A DNA stretch of 64,000 nt from assembly GCF_006345805.1 (NCBI RefSeq), contig NC_043000.1:98766001-98830000 (forward strand), given 5' to 3'. The notes below the pieces were generated by a model. It did not search any database and had not been told where the DNA came from. It saw only the letters and a program-made list of their open reading frames with translations. Shown here one piece after another: positions 40,212 through 55,426 of the stretch. The position numbers were made by a program, and so were the translations under genes. This DNA comes from Octopus sinensis (lineage: Eukaryota). Every line of letters starts with the position of its first letter. Within the stretch, counting starts at the first letter, position 1.

Positions 40212-40265
40212 CTGTTTTCGTTCTAGCACACGATCTCAGATCAAGTCACTCACTATGCAAGTACA

Positions 40266-40342
<77 letters not shown>

Positions 40343-41415
40343 GCATATCATCATTTAACGCCCGTTTTCCCTGCTGACATGGGTTGGACTTATAGAATTA
40401 AATAGATAGATAGATAGATAGATACATAGAAAGATCCTCAAGCGCACATATATATACATTTAAATATACTGATAAATTATTGTTTAAGCAAATATAATTT
40501 CCGTAGTTCATATTCTGCACGCACAATACTTAAACAAAATACGTGTCTATATACACCCAAGAATCTGTGCAACTCTGTACACAATTACGTTCGTGTTCAG
40601 CGCACATATACGTGTGTTTACTTGTTTGTGTACATGTGTAACTGCGCATGCGTATGTGTGCACTAGATGGATATATGTATATGCGTGTGGGATATCTATG
40701 TGAATATTAACTTCGTTTTATCTCCATTCAGTTCACATGATAGCCTGTTGAGGTGAACTGCTGGGGGCAATAGATAAAAATACGTTCAAACGTTATTTTT
40801 ATTTCATTTGTTATATTTTTCCTTATTTATTATTATTTTTTTAACAGTTTTGTTTTTTTAATGTTCTCGGTCATTTCTTAGTTTACACAATCTACCATGT
40901 GGTTATGTTTACCAACTATTATCAGTATTGGTGCGTGGCCAAAGATCGAGTTCTGTGATTCCCTTCTGCTTCTGATGCCGTGAATTGCTAGGATCATTAG
41001 AGAACTGCATTGGCTTGCACGGTAGCACTAAATTAAAATCCCGCTGAGGTTATCCCTACTTTTCATCTATTCGGCGTCGATAATAAAGCACCGATCTTGG
41101 GCGATGGATTGGTGTAACACTTAGTAGGTTGGGTAGGTTCTTTGCTGTATCTCTTCCGGAAGTTTGCATTTTATCAGCAACACATGCAACGGCACTGGTG
41201 CCAAGCTGTGGTTGCCTATGTTTCGACATTGTTGTTGTGCAGATGTGAGACTTGAGTAAATGGACAGCTGCTAATATTCCAAAAAGAAATCTTGCTTAGG
41301 CTATCACATACAAGTGTTAAAATCTGGTTGACATTGACCAACAGAGGCCCTACCCATGTTACATGCTATAATTCATAAATATCAAATGCAGCGAGATTTG
41401 AACGCAGAAGTGGAG

Positions 41416-42148
<733 letters not shown>

Positions 42149-42702
42149 CATTCCCCCTGTAACAGGTTTTTCGTGTCTGTCAAAAGGTGTAAAGTATATG
42201 AGCCGTCAAGTATATACCAACTCTCACAGCACTTTTACTGACAAGGCTTCGTTCGACTTCAGATGATAGAAGATAAACTTAACCATGGCGAGGCACAATG
42301 AGAAAGAACTCGGTAACATTTGAACCATAACCTCTTATCGGTTATGTCTCCTGTGTAAGTGACGATTGTTGATTACACTTTGAAGTCCACTCCCTATCAT
42401 CGTCTTTTCAACTGAAGTTGTGATTTGTGAGATGAAAACACTTTTACTTTTAATGTCAGATTATGAAAGAATGTTACAGTTGAGAAGCGTCAACTATCAG
42501 AGCAGCTACAATACATTATCATAAACATACATACATGATACACATATGAAAATTCTAGCATGTACACGTACAAACATACATACATATATATTTATAAACA
42601 TATACATATATAAGTATATATAAACAGATGTATGTGTTTATAAATGTATCTATACATATGCACACTAACACCAATCTATAATATTTAATATAATGTATAT
42701 GT

Positions 42703-42776
<74 letters not shown>

Positions 42777-42873
42777 CGGGAAGCTTTATGAAAATAGACA
42801 AAAGACGAAGGCAGGTGGGAAACAAACAAACAATTGTATTAGTATGGCGCTCAGGAAATATAAATAAAACAAG

Positions 42874-42911
42874 TCTTTAACGTTTCGAGCCTACGCTCTT
42901 CAACAGAAAGA
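42874..42911 (-). ncRNA. Minimal hammerhead-like motif in a ~205-bp element (42775-42980) inside (TA)n
   Basis: Minus strand reads tcttt CTGTTGA a gagc gtag gctc GAAAC GTT aaaga, with one core substitution and one extra A before stem II. Confidence 0.6.
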
Positions 42912-42975
42912 TACACAGAGAGAAAAAAAACACAGAAAGAAGGAGAGAAAAAAATGCGTGCAGTAACTAACGAAT

Positions 42976-43053
<78 letters not shown>

Positions 43054-43238
43054 ATGTGTGTATGTGTGTTTGGGTGTTTGGGTGTGCATCTTTGTGTGTA
43101 ATGTTTCATATACTGCATATCTGGGTGTATATGCCTTCATAAATGAAGTGGATTCTCTCTTTCTCCTTCTTTCCTTCTCTCTGTAGGTGTATGTATACAC
43201 ATATGCATGTTCATATACTTGGATACACACACACACAC

Positions 43239-43270
<32 letters not shown>

Positions 43271-43488
43271 GGTATGTATACATAGACATACATAAATGTT
43301 TTACTGTCAATCATAAGCAATTTTACATTAACCTAATGGGTTACTCTATACTACAGTTCAACGAAGGCTTTATGTATTTATGCACATTATTCTTGTTTAA
43401 GAATAATATACACAAATACGTTTACATATACATGCATACACACATACACACACACACGTAAACAAATGACAACAGGTGTATATTTGTC

Positions 43489-43571
43489 TATTCACTACAG
43501 CTGTTTCAAACGATTTCTTTTATGAATAGAGTTCTCACATCATGCAAAATATTGTTTTCATCAGGTGAATA
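43489..43571 (-). ncRNA. Minimal type-I hammerhead ribozyme motif (best-preserved copy)
   Basis: Minus strand reads tattcac CTGATGA aaac-(long imperfect stem II)-gttt GAAAC agct GTA gtgaata. It has a 7-bp stem I, an intact core and a palindromic stem III (ACAGCTGT). Confidence 0.8.
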
Positions 43572-44489
43572 TTCATGAATTAATCATTTAAGAAAGAAAA
43601 TTCCAAGAATCAACATTATGAGCCGGCTTTATTGTTTAAGTACCTGATTCAGTCAAATTCTGAATATATATGTATGTATATATCTATATATAGAGAGTTT
43701 TACTGAAGCTGAAAACACTTCGCAGACTATTAAGAAGCTATTACTCAGAGTTTCACGTAACCGATCATCAAACTGTACAAGGACTGATCATCGTTATGTG
43801 AAAATCTGAGAAACGGTTTGTTAGTTCTCCAGTAAAGCACAATTTTACACCTTTGCTATTCGAGTGTCATTTTCACCTTTGTTGCCCGTATGTTCTCTCG
43901 TGTATATAAATACACATACATACACACACATGACTATATGTGCGTAATTCAATTATATAAAAGCTAAAAAAAACTTTAACTGAACGATGAACTCAATATG
44001 TAAAGCTAAAATTTTGTTAAAACACTTGATACTAGTTTTGAAGGTTTGTCAATGCTAGTTCATCAAACTCTAATACAATTGCAACACCCTTTATGAATAA
44101 ATAGATAAAAATTGAAAGTGGCTCGAATTAAAATAAGTGTTATAGACTACTCCAAAAGGGAATATACAGACTGGTCGCCAGAGAAACGGAAAATTTGAAT
44201 CAAACTAAGAAGCATTGTTTAGATCATTAATTTCCGTTTTTCATGCAACCACATTTTATATGAGAACTTGCTAAATAGAAAATCTAGAATAGGTTTGAAC
44301 TCAATATATGATAACAGGCAGTAAAAGAGAATCCAAGTACGGCAGCATCATTGCATCAATAATATTATGCGCAAATCTAAGTATACTTGATGTGAAAGTG
44401 ATGGACACAAAGTTATAGAGAGTAGATAAAAGAAGCGAGAGATCTAGATGTTGACATGTTAAACAATTCATTGTCTCGTTTAGAAACAA

Positions 44490-44690
44490 ATCCAGCGATT
44501 TTTGAAGGGAGGGGTTTAGCTGATATAATTGAAACCAGTACTTTGCTGGTACTTTATTTTATCATCTCCGTAGGCGGAGAACAGAATAAGGTGACTTCAA
44601 CATTTGAACTCTGAACGTAAAATGTCTTGAAGAAATACTGAAAGGTATTTAATCCGAAGCAGTAACGATTTTGTCTGCTCGCTGCCTTTA
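44490..44690 (-). mobile_element. SINE family A, decayed
   Basis: Ends ctgctcgctgcctt; internal ctggtactttattttatc. Confidence 0.65.
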
Positions 44691-45032
44691 AGTGCAATGG
44701 ACAAATGAAACCAATAAATATGAAACGCTATATGAAATGCTACAAAGCTGATAATGACTAGTAGCTCAAGAACTATTAAAAAAATTATTATCAGTAACTA
44801 TACATATGGGAAAAATTCGAACTTGTTTGAAGAAAGTTTGTGACAGAGAGCTATAGCTGAATAAATTAAAAGTTTTGGGAAAATCTATTGATATTGTAGA
44901 TTTTATATATATATATATATATATGCGCATATATATGCATATATATGTATATATGTGTATGTATATATATGTATATACATATATATATATATGTGCATAT
45001 ATATGCATATATATGTATATATATATGTATGC

Positions 45033-45083
<51 letters not shown>

Positions 45084-45215
45084 TATATATGCATATGTTT
45101 GTGTGCGAACATGAGTGTAAGAGTCAGAAAATATACATATATATGTGTTTCTGAGTGCATAAAAATCATACTAAGATGTTTCCACACACGTATATATATA
45201 TATTATATATATATA

Positions 45216-45267
<52 letters not shown>

Positions 45268-46099
45268 TATATATTGGTATTTAATGTAATAGCATGACTT
45301 AGAAGTGTCGGTAAACGTAATGTATACAAATAAGAGAATTAAAAGTGATATAAGATGAAATTCATATCAAATGAAAATTTCGAATGCAGATATTGGAAAG
45401 TAAAAATCACATAATCAAAGTGTGATGAGCAAATTGAAAGGATATATATTGTTAGTTACCTTTAATCTGATGGGAATGAAAGAAAGCATGAAACAAAATC
45501 CAATAAAAGCAATAAATATGCTGAAAATGATCAGAACTGTCTAATAAAATAAATTAAAGAAGCTTAAATAGCCTTAATGGTGCAATTATGTATATATGTT
45601 AAGTCGAATAGTTAGGCATGTGAAAATTTATTAGATTAAATATATAAATTAATGACGGTACTAAACTGGGAGTCGAGTTTGATTTTAACAGTCATAATAT
45701 AAAAGAGCATTAGAAATTTACAGAACCATACAAACTTCAGAAGATGTATTAAAAAAATATGTTGAATGTAAGTTAAAAGAAATAGTTTGTGAATAACTAT
45801 TGCGGTATATATCGAAAGCTGGAAGTGATAAATGTAACTGAATATTAAAAGGGAAATAACCTTTATGTTAAAATAAACCGAAAATTTGGCAATGTGTAGA
45901 GTTATGAAACTCGACAAAATTAAAGCCGGTGGAGAGAATTATTGGATACTGCCAGTTAAAAGTTGAAGAATTACGGTGTTTTATGCCGACAATTATACGT
46001 TGAAAATAAATATTACCATTCAAAGAATTAGGGTAAATTACTTGGTGTTAGGATAGCTAAAACGAATATATATACTGGCTTAATTTATTTTTAGTGAAA

Positions 46100-46310
46100 G
46101 GTGGCGAGCTGGCAAAATCGTTAGCATGCCTTTTGAAAATGCGTAGCGATGTTTTGTCTATCTTTACGTTCTGAGTTTAAAATCCTTGAAGGTCGATTTT
46201 ACCTATTTTCCTTTCGGTGTCGATAAATAAGTACCGGTTGCACACTAGAGGTCGATGTACTCGACAAGAACTCTTCCACCAAATTTCAAAGCTTGTGTCT
46301 TTAACGGAAA
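46100..46310 (+). mobile_element. SINE family A
   Basis: ggtggcgagctggcaaaatcgttagc ... ggtgtcgataaataagtacc. Confidence 0.78.
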
Positions 46311-48933
46311 AGATAATTTGTATTTAATGGTATAAAAGGCCTACCGCAAAGGTTAATACGAGAATACATATGTGTGTGAATAGTTAAGAAGATGCAATAG
46401 ACAAGTCTAAGATTTTAGTACCCAAAGTAGATTACAAAATTTAACTTCCATATTCGAATCCAAAACTATGCAGGTGTATGAAAAAATATGGCGGATGCTA
46501 TTTTTGGTAAGAAATAAAGTGAGTATAAGGGACGAAAGAAAGATCATCGCAAAAAATTCGAGTATTTGTTTTGATTAATTTTTATAGTGTTATGCATATG
46601 GTTATCTGATAACGTATGAGAGGTGTTAAAAAAGAAAAGCATGTATAAATAATTGTGGTTTAAAGAAAATTTCTAGAAAATAATCGAAAATATATTTAGG
46701 AGAAGGATAATACATTGCCATAGGTTATAATGGTATAGAGCTCGTGAATAATATGTATACAAGAGATTTTAAGGATATAAGATTGAGCATCAAGGAAATA
46801 TAGATTAACAATACTCTTTCAAAAAATCAAATGTATAAAATATATAAAAGCATTGGCAAATGTAGAAAACAAGATAATAGGAAAACTTAAGAGCCGTAGG
46901 CGATTTATAAAGTATATCATAGATATATACTTAAACGCACGCACACACACACATACACACATATATTATCTACATATACTGCTAGCTCAGTTAATGAAAC
47001 GAACATACTCCACTTCCGTTATGATCCAATTTTTCGGCAAATAAGTTTTAATTATTGAAAAAAATAAAGCTACTGAAAATACAGGAGGCCTATAACGTTT
47101 TTACGCATATTGAAAATATTCTATAAATTATATCTTATGTAATTCGAATAAATGTGCAATTTCTTTAGTTTAGTCAACAAATATAAAATTCGAAATTAGG
47201 AAAAGCAAATATGATACAATGGCTGTGTAAGAATTTTTATTTTTGTAAATAAGCATCAACGGTTAACTGCTTTGGGTTCTTACAAGCTTCTAATACTTCC
47301 GTATAACAATTTAACATTATTATTACAGGATTTTTAACTTACATGGTTACTTCAAAGTTTTGGATTTTTTTTCTGAAATCCACGTGTTATTTCACTAATG
47401 ATTTTAGGTAAATTTTCTGTTGTTAAAACGAGTTGTGAAAGAATCTCTTCTACCTTGACATCTTCAAATTCCACTTTCTGCACCGTTTGCAGAAAACTTT
47501 CTCAATAGCAAACTTTTGTAGTCTTCTTTAATTAAATTTGGACATTATTTTTTCCCAAACCGCAGTGATATATTAAAAACCTCTTTAATACTTTTTAGAA
47601 TTCTTTAGAATTTTTCGACATGCTGTAATTACTGTGATTAAATGATACCTAAAATAGTACACCTTCAAAGATGCATTGGAATTACTAAGTTCCATAAAAT
47701 CTTAAGTATATCACCAAACCTTAGACTATAATATCAATTTAGTTTTGATTGTATGAAAATGTTTTCTCCAGGAACACACGTTTGGAGTAAATCATGATTT
47801 AAAATATGGCGAAAGGCATTGTCTTACAGAACTGCCTTGAGTTCGTTATTATACTTAGAAATGTTTAGAGAATTGTTCTGAATATTAAAAAATCGTGTAA
47901 CCCAAATTTTTCTGTTAGGTTTCCACGTAACAGAAACACTAAATTCCTGGACTCCTTTCATTTCTCTTGGAATATGAGAATGATAATCTCTAACATTGTT
48001 CCTCTTTAATTATAAGAGACGATATTTTGCCATTTGATATCCTGCTAACATTTTTCTCATTTCAGATTAAATTAAGAAAAGTAACACTTTCGAGCTACAG
48101 TTCTATAAAACACTTTAACTGTTGAAAATGCTGAGGCAACTCAGATATCAGCATGAACCGACTTGTCTGTTATCCGAATATTTGGAGATTACTAAAGTCT
48201 TTCTTTGTGAATAGCAACAACTATTAGAACGATTTATTTTGCTTCTTTTTTTTTTATCAGTTGAATATCTTTATGCATTTTACTAAATACTAGTTTAGAA
48301 GTGTGGCGACTGACATATCAACCATCTTAATACTTAACAGTTTCTTAATATTTTCCCTTTTTACTCCTTGTGTGTGGCAGTTAAGCGGTGTTACGCTCTC
48401 TTGAACTTCGTATGGGAACTACATCTTGTCAGATTGTTTCACTATTGTTTTTCTTTTTATTTTACAGTGCAATTACTAATGATTTCACAGAAACGCTTTT
48501 CTCTTCTCTCTCCTCTTCTCATCTTATAATATTTACTTCGGTATCAAGTGATATTGAACATTTTAGGTTTACGTGACATGATGGAATAACTAACGTAGAG
48601 AAATGATTGAAAGCAATTAAATCTACTTCAAGAAATTTCGTAATTACTACATAAGTAGAAAGATGTAGCACGAAAAAACACTCTAGAATGTAACTGCTAC
48701 CAAAGTGTGACTAACTGGTTTTGTGTGCAATAATAAACTACCCAGAATCTTTCTTATAATATACAAAGATAACCAAGTGTACAGCGCATACATGTGCATT
48801 TGAATGAATGAGATATACACATGCAGTGAAACTCTAATCTTATACATACATGCATACATCTGTATATATATATATATATTGTATATATATATATATTCAT
48901 GTATGCATATGTATGTATGTATGTATGTATATA

Positions 48934-48982
<49 letters not shown>

Positions 48983-49016
48983 CATACATATATATATATA
49001 TTCATGTATGCATATG

Positions 49017-49047
<31 letters not shown>

Positions 49048-49090
49048 TATATATATAATATATATAATATATATATATATTCATGTATGC

Positions 49091-49130
<40 letters not shown>

Positions 49131-49797
49131 ATATATATAAGGTGGTTGTATGCAGTGTTTGACCACCACCTTAGCACCATCATGGCATCTGATGTGGCTT
49201 TTTTAAACCAGACAATATTCTGAAAAGACACCCACATAGATTGTACCTCTGATTTGGACCACCAAGACCTGCAGATAAATTGTGCTCTTTGTGGATCTTA
49301 AAATGTCTTTTGAGGCCTTCGTTGTATTTCTAAACCTACTGGCATACACTGCATATTTATATATACACTTAAATGTACATACATATTTACATTTATAAGC
49401 ATACACAATAATCAATTATTATTAATAATATTAGATGTATTATATTATTCTATATATATATGTATGGATGTATGGTTGTATATATAATCAATTCGAATAA
49501 ACGAATAAAAAACGAAAAAAAAAAGAAAAACGACGAACGTGCGGACGTGCGCAAGAAGTGTATTAGCTTGACGCTCGGTGAAAGGAGAGAGTTTAACGTC
49601 TCGAGCATACCTCTTCGTTGGAAGAAAAAGGAGAAAAGGCCAAAGAAAAAGAAATTACCAACGACCCACCTGTAGTTGCATTTCTGAAGTATCTGTATAG
49701 ATGTATGTGTGTGTGTATGTATGAGTATATTTATGTATGCATGTGTGTATGTGTTTGTGTGAGTGTGTGTGTGTATGTGTGTGGTTCATTTTAAGAC

Positions 49798-50112
49798 CTA
49801 TATAAATCTATGGTTGTGCAGCGCTGTCAGCATGGTCCACAGCTGATCTATAAATTTGGCTATAGGTACGATGTCAAATGCACGTCGGTGTAATAATAGC
49901 TTGCCGTTGATGATCATGCCAGCTGTCCAAATGTCTCTGATGATCATTTCTAAAGATACCGTGTAGAACGCACTTCCCTCTTGAACCCTTACATGTGGTG
50001 ATAACTGAACTACATTAGTTGTGCAACCAGAGTTCACATCCCTGAGGAGTTTGGTGAAATGTGCCTCGTAATCTTGTATATCCAGAGATTTAATTACTGC
50101 CTTCACCCTCAC
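49798..50112 (-). mobile_element. Decayed RTE-like RT fragment
   Basis: VRVQEGSA...GMIINGKLLLHRRAFDIVPIA resembles the RTE consensus GVRQG..SP / GI.INGE.L.HLRFADDIVLIA. Confidence 0.6.
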
Positions 50113-50358
50113 GATATATTTCGCCCATCCTCAGTCGCGAGCATCTATATTCTAGAGTGATAGCTAGTGTCCGCTAACGCTAACAATATATTGTATATAA
50201 AAGGTGCGGAATCGCACCAATAGCTAGCTGGCTAAGAATCTGCCTGGAGTCAAACTAGTAGGAACATTCAACAGCTACCTTGATGTGGCGACTGGCGTTA
50301 CTGTTTGGTATAGTTTCTACTCTGGTCTCTTCGTGAGATTTTGAAACTAGGTACCTTG

Positions 50359-50447
<89 letters not shown>

Positions 50448-50968
50448 ATATTATATATATTATATATATATACTATATGCATGCACACACGCATACATCA
50501 ATATCCTTTTGACTTAGTTCCACGTTACTGAAAGTTATTTTGGTGCGTAGCACACAGCTTCCCCATCAAAAGAAGTTCGGAGCCAAACTCTGACGAGATG
50601 GGCGTGTCCTACATGAGGAAGAAACTTGAAGTAAGATGGAGATGAATGAAACTGTTATTAAATATATTTAACCCCTACGAAATATGCTGTGTTCCACTTA
50701 AAGAGCTCTGTTTGGGGTCTCGTTGAACACCATCAAGTGTAAGTAGTTAATATGTTATCATTGCTATATGTTAAAGATGTGAGGTCACCATAAGAAATCT
50801 TCAGTGACAGGGCAATGCATGCCTTGAAATGATTTCACAGAATCGTATTTATGTATTGTTCATGATTAACGGAGATGATGTGCAATAATGTTGTCATCAA
50901 ATGAGCTTGATTTTTTTTTCCTGTTTCTAATTTTTGTTTCACTGATGAAAGTAATAAAATTGACATAC

Positions 50969-51059
50969 TTCCTTTGTACGATGTTTTCAAGGTCTCTGCT
51001 CCTGGAGAGCGTGCAAATTTGACGAAGATGTTAAGATGATTGTGAAAGGCTCTTGGATA
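50969..51059 (-). CDS. Candidate internal exon (91 bp)
   Basis: Acceptor ttcttctctaaatttcag and donor AA|gtatgt. Only one frame is open: YPRAFHNHLNIFVKFARSPGAETLKTSYKG. Confidence 0.35.
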
Positions 51060-52147
51060 CTGAAATTTAGAGAAGAATTAAGCATGGATGTAGGCTTTAT
51101 TTATGGCAAGATATTTTGTGCTCGGTGACCTGATGAAAAATAGCGGAACGCAAGTGACGGAATTGAGCCGACATTGCTGAGGCTTCTCACAGATTACGAG
51201 AAACAATTTCTTATTTCGGGTATGGTATAAAAGAAATATTTTTAAACAAAGATACCAGTTACCGTTGCAAGTAGCGTACAAACTATACTATATTTGGAAT
51301 TTCTCAGTCTGAGTTAGAATTATAGAGTTACTTTCCATATCTTACATTGAAGCGATTATGTTCTAAAATAGCTAGGCCTGGACAATAATAGAGACTCTTG
51401 CAATTCGCAATTAGGGTTAATTTACCAGGAAGAATAAATAATAAACAGCTAACTGCAAGAGCGCCGGTTTTCTAAACTGATAACACTTTACATTCAATGA
51501 TATCAATTTTGATAGGAAATAGTTTTGAAAATCTCGAATAAAACAGTGTAAACAGATGGTGCAACAGTGCATAACCGTTTAGAAGCCATACGTAAAACAT
51601 GCATAATGTTATATTTAGTGAAGCTACTGGCACATTCGTTACATCAATGCGGGAGAAATGATTTGGCGACACGACATTCAGAAATTCAATAAACTTCATT
51701 CAGTATTTTCATAGTTATACTAACACTAGACAGCAGCAATATTTTAAATGTCTGCAAACGTGTTAAAATACTTGTAAATAAATAATGCTAGAATCATTTC
51801 TCATTTCAACTATAATATAACTTGAAAACATATAGCCTTTGGTTAAATGGAAATATATCGGACTAGCTTTTCATATCTGGAGAAATGAAAGTGCTCACCT
51901 CGATGAATTCATTAGTAAGTAAAATAAACAAAATATAGAAATGAAAATAAAAACAAAAATAAAAAAAGGTATTATACCAATTTCATAACCAAAATGAATT
52001 TATCTAAGCAGATAAAAAAATTTAATTGCTGGTTTAATTCATTGATCCGTCATAACTGTCTGATAACTATCATGACTTTTTTTATGATGCTCTTATCATT
52101 TTTATATGCAATGCTTTCTTCTCTTTAGGCAAAGCACTAAAATTTAC

Positions 52148-52180
52148 TTGCCTCAGTGAGAAGAGCAAAATTAGCGCCAC
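52148..52180 (-). CDS. Candidate micro-exon (33 bp)
   Basis: ag|GTGGCG...AGGCAA|gtaaat. It reads VALILLFSLRQ in phase 0, compatible with the 50969-51059 exon. The pyrimidine tract is weak. Confidence 0.2.
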
Positions 52181-53029
52181 CTATTTGGACAATGATATTC
52201 TTTATGTCTATTCGACATAGAAGTGATCATGAAAGAGATATATAATTATTTTTATTAAAAACAAACAAAACATAGATAGCCGGTTGGTGATATTGGTTTC
52301 ATGAAAAGAAATTATCATTTATAATTTTCATTCATAGTTTTCATTCAATAGTATTTCAATTGCATGGATGCATAGAAATAACTGAAGCACATATGCATAC
52401 ATATACATATTTACACAGAAGTACATGCGGCGCGCGCACACACATGCACACATATACACTCACACATGCATATACTTACAAGCAATAGATATGTGTGTGT
52501 GTTTGTGTATGTGTTAATGGTTATTTTTATATCGAGTTATGCATAAGAGCAGTACATTTTTATGTTACTTTTATACGAAAAGGTTGATGGTGGCTTCGAG
52601 GTTTCGATTTGTTTGCCTTCGTCAGATTGAACACACGTACATGTTTATGTAATGTACGTGTTTGTTTATTATTATATATACACTTGTTCACATTTATCTA
52701 TACATATAAACACATCCGTTTATAAATATCAACCTATTCGTCCTCGTTCGTCATCGTCGTCGTCGACGTCCTCCTCCTCTTTTTCCTCTTTCTTCTTCTT
52801 CAATTTTTCTTTCCTCTATGCACCTCCCAACAAATTTTTTGCATCAAATTATTATACTTTTTTCATTATATCTAAATTCCCATTAAGTTTTTAAAATACT
52901 ATCTTGTACGAAAAGTATTAAAACATGTCTTATTGCTCTTACTAAACCTCAAGATGAACCTAAGTATATAGAATAGCTGGACTTACAAACACTTCTACAG
53001 TCTGACGAAGTTTCAAAGTCACTTTTCCT

Positions 53030-53104
<75 letters not shown>

Positions 53105-53561
53105 GCGCACTCATAACTATAAACATAATCGAGTATCATGATGTATCAAGCTTTCGCAAATGGTTTTACGTATATTTATAGTCGTGAGAATCTATAGACA
53201 CAACATTACCCATACCGTCCATAACCTTGTAATAAATCTTGATTCTAGTGGCAACTGGAAGGAGAAAGCCCCAAACTGATCCGGGTTTGAACTCAATGTG
53301 CACAGAGCCAGAACAAATGTCACTCATTCTAGTAAGAAGAACAATATACAGAGTTTCGCACACAAGACTCGTGCGCCTGTTCTTAAATTTCCGCTGTCCA
53401 AATTGCCAATGTTTTTTAAGCCTTGAACCACTTAAGAGATGGTACTCTCTTCTTGTTACCATATTCGTAGGAGGATTTGCTAAGCCATTGTTCTGTTGTT
53501 TAGCTGCCCCTCACCTTTGACTTAACAGACAAATAACGCCTTTCCAGCCATAATCACAGTG

Positions 53562-53615
<54 letters not shown>

Positions 53616-53916
53616 TGAAGCATATTGACTATCGAAATGTTTGCTTTCTCTTCTTGCGACATCTAGCAGCTATATCTAGCATGTCGAGCGACCATATACA
53701 AGACAATTTGCTGGTTCGTAGTGTTGTACGATTAAAATATTACTAAAGCCACACTGAATCATTAGTTGGTATAGCTGTTACATAACAAGCCTCATGTGTA
53801 TCCTTTTCGTTGTCTTGCATAATATTCATATCGGGATTTTGTTTTTTTTCTTTTGATGAAATCTAACAAGAGTAAATGAAACCCGAGAATTGATTAATTA
53901 TTATTTTTATTATTAT

Positions 53917-53947
<31 letters not shown>

Positions 53948-54905
53948 CTCGTGGTTGTTTAACCAGAGGTAAAATCTGTTCGAGAAGACATATTATGAAA
54001 GAATTTAGACTTTGATTATTTCAACATTTTTTCCTTGCATGCAGTTCCCTTCTTTTAAGATGTAAAGCAGTGGGCTTATAACTTCAGGTTGATTTCTCAA
54101 TGATCGTTCACAATTTTGATGGTCTTCAAAAACAACAGCAAAAAATACTAAAATTAGATGCGATATATTAACGGCTAAAAGAAGATCAGCTTTTCCTAAA
54201 AGCGACATTTAGTTGACAAGACATGTAGAATATGAAATTTTCATCTTAAATGGAGTTGCTGATAATTTCTCATGGACAATATTCGCAGTAAAAGCTTAGT
54301 CCAACCTTTCTACATATAACATAGTACTACTTTAAAACAGTTTATATAATAATTTAAAACATAGTTACATATATATAACATAGTTGTATATATATATATA
54401 ATTTAAAAGGGTGGCTTAAAAGGAATCTTAGTTGTATAAGAGTCTTAGTCCTTATACAACTAGACTCAATACTATATTTCATCTTTCACAATCAATTTAT
54501 AAATATCCTACCTAGTTATGCGACATAGACTCAATGTGTTATCCTATAATATTCTTGTTACTACCTTTCCTGATGTTTTTCTCCATTTTTTTGCTCTGAG
54601 GAGAATGGTAATACGTTATTAAATTAATTTTATTATAATTATAATTAATTTAATTTTTTCCATGTTTCTTACATGTTGGTGTTACCATTTGAAACGATCG
54701 TATGCACGGATTAAGAATTTAACATCTTCTCATCTCCATTTTTTAATAGCTGCTTGGGCAGTCGCTCATCACTCATCCTTACCAAATGCCCCCCCCCACT
54801 TCGAACGTCTTTGGAAAATCATTGTCTCTATACTTTTACTGCTATTCCCCTGAAGCACCTCCATATTACTAATCGCTATTTTCCATTTTATCCCCAACAT
54901 TTTTC

Positions 54906-55308
54906 TCAGACAGAATTGATGAAATGTCTAACCTGCCTACGGTAAACAACCCATGCCTCACTTCCATATAGCAAAGATAGGAGGACGCATGTGTTATATA
55001 ACTTTAATTTGTGAAGATATATGTTGCTTCCACAGACGCCTATCAAGCCTACCAAAAGCACTACTAGCCCTACTGATTCTGTATGAAATTTCATCATCAA
55101 GAGCAGTAGTGCTCAATGTAGTTCCTAAATAAATAAATTTAGGTACAGTCTCCAACCTTTGACCATTCACAGTTATAAAAGGTTCCACATACAACTTGGA
55201 GGGAGCGGGATGGTCCATTATAACAGTACTTTTTAGATTGATTGTTAGACCCAATGCTGCACATGCTTTAGAAATTGCATTCACCATGTGCTGCATATCT
55301 TTCTGAGA
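54906..55308 (-). mobile_element. RTE-clade (BovB-like) LINE RT C-terminal fragment
   Basis: DMQHMVNAISKACAALGLTINLKST...FIYLGTTLS...DEISYRISRASSAFGRL, then (frameshift) YNTCVLLSLLYGSEAW. Confidence 0.85.
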
Positions 55309-55318
55309 TAGATATACA

Positions 55319-55358
<40 letters not shown>

Positions 55359-55381
55359 ACACACACACACACACATATATA

Positions 55382-55426
<45 letters not shown>

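Noticed and set aside
50551-50636. Plus-strand exon-like segment (HSFPIKRSSEPNSDEMGVSYMRKKLE|gtaaga)
   Set aside because: Weak acceptor, no partner exons and no recognisable homology; it illustrates the chance rate of exon-like matches.
52585-52628. ctgacga...gaaac on the minus strand
   Set aside because: Stem II does not pair and no GTH triplet or stem I follows; not supportable as a hammerhead.
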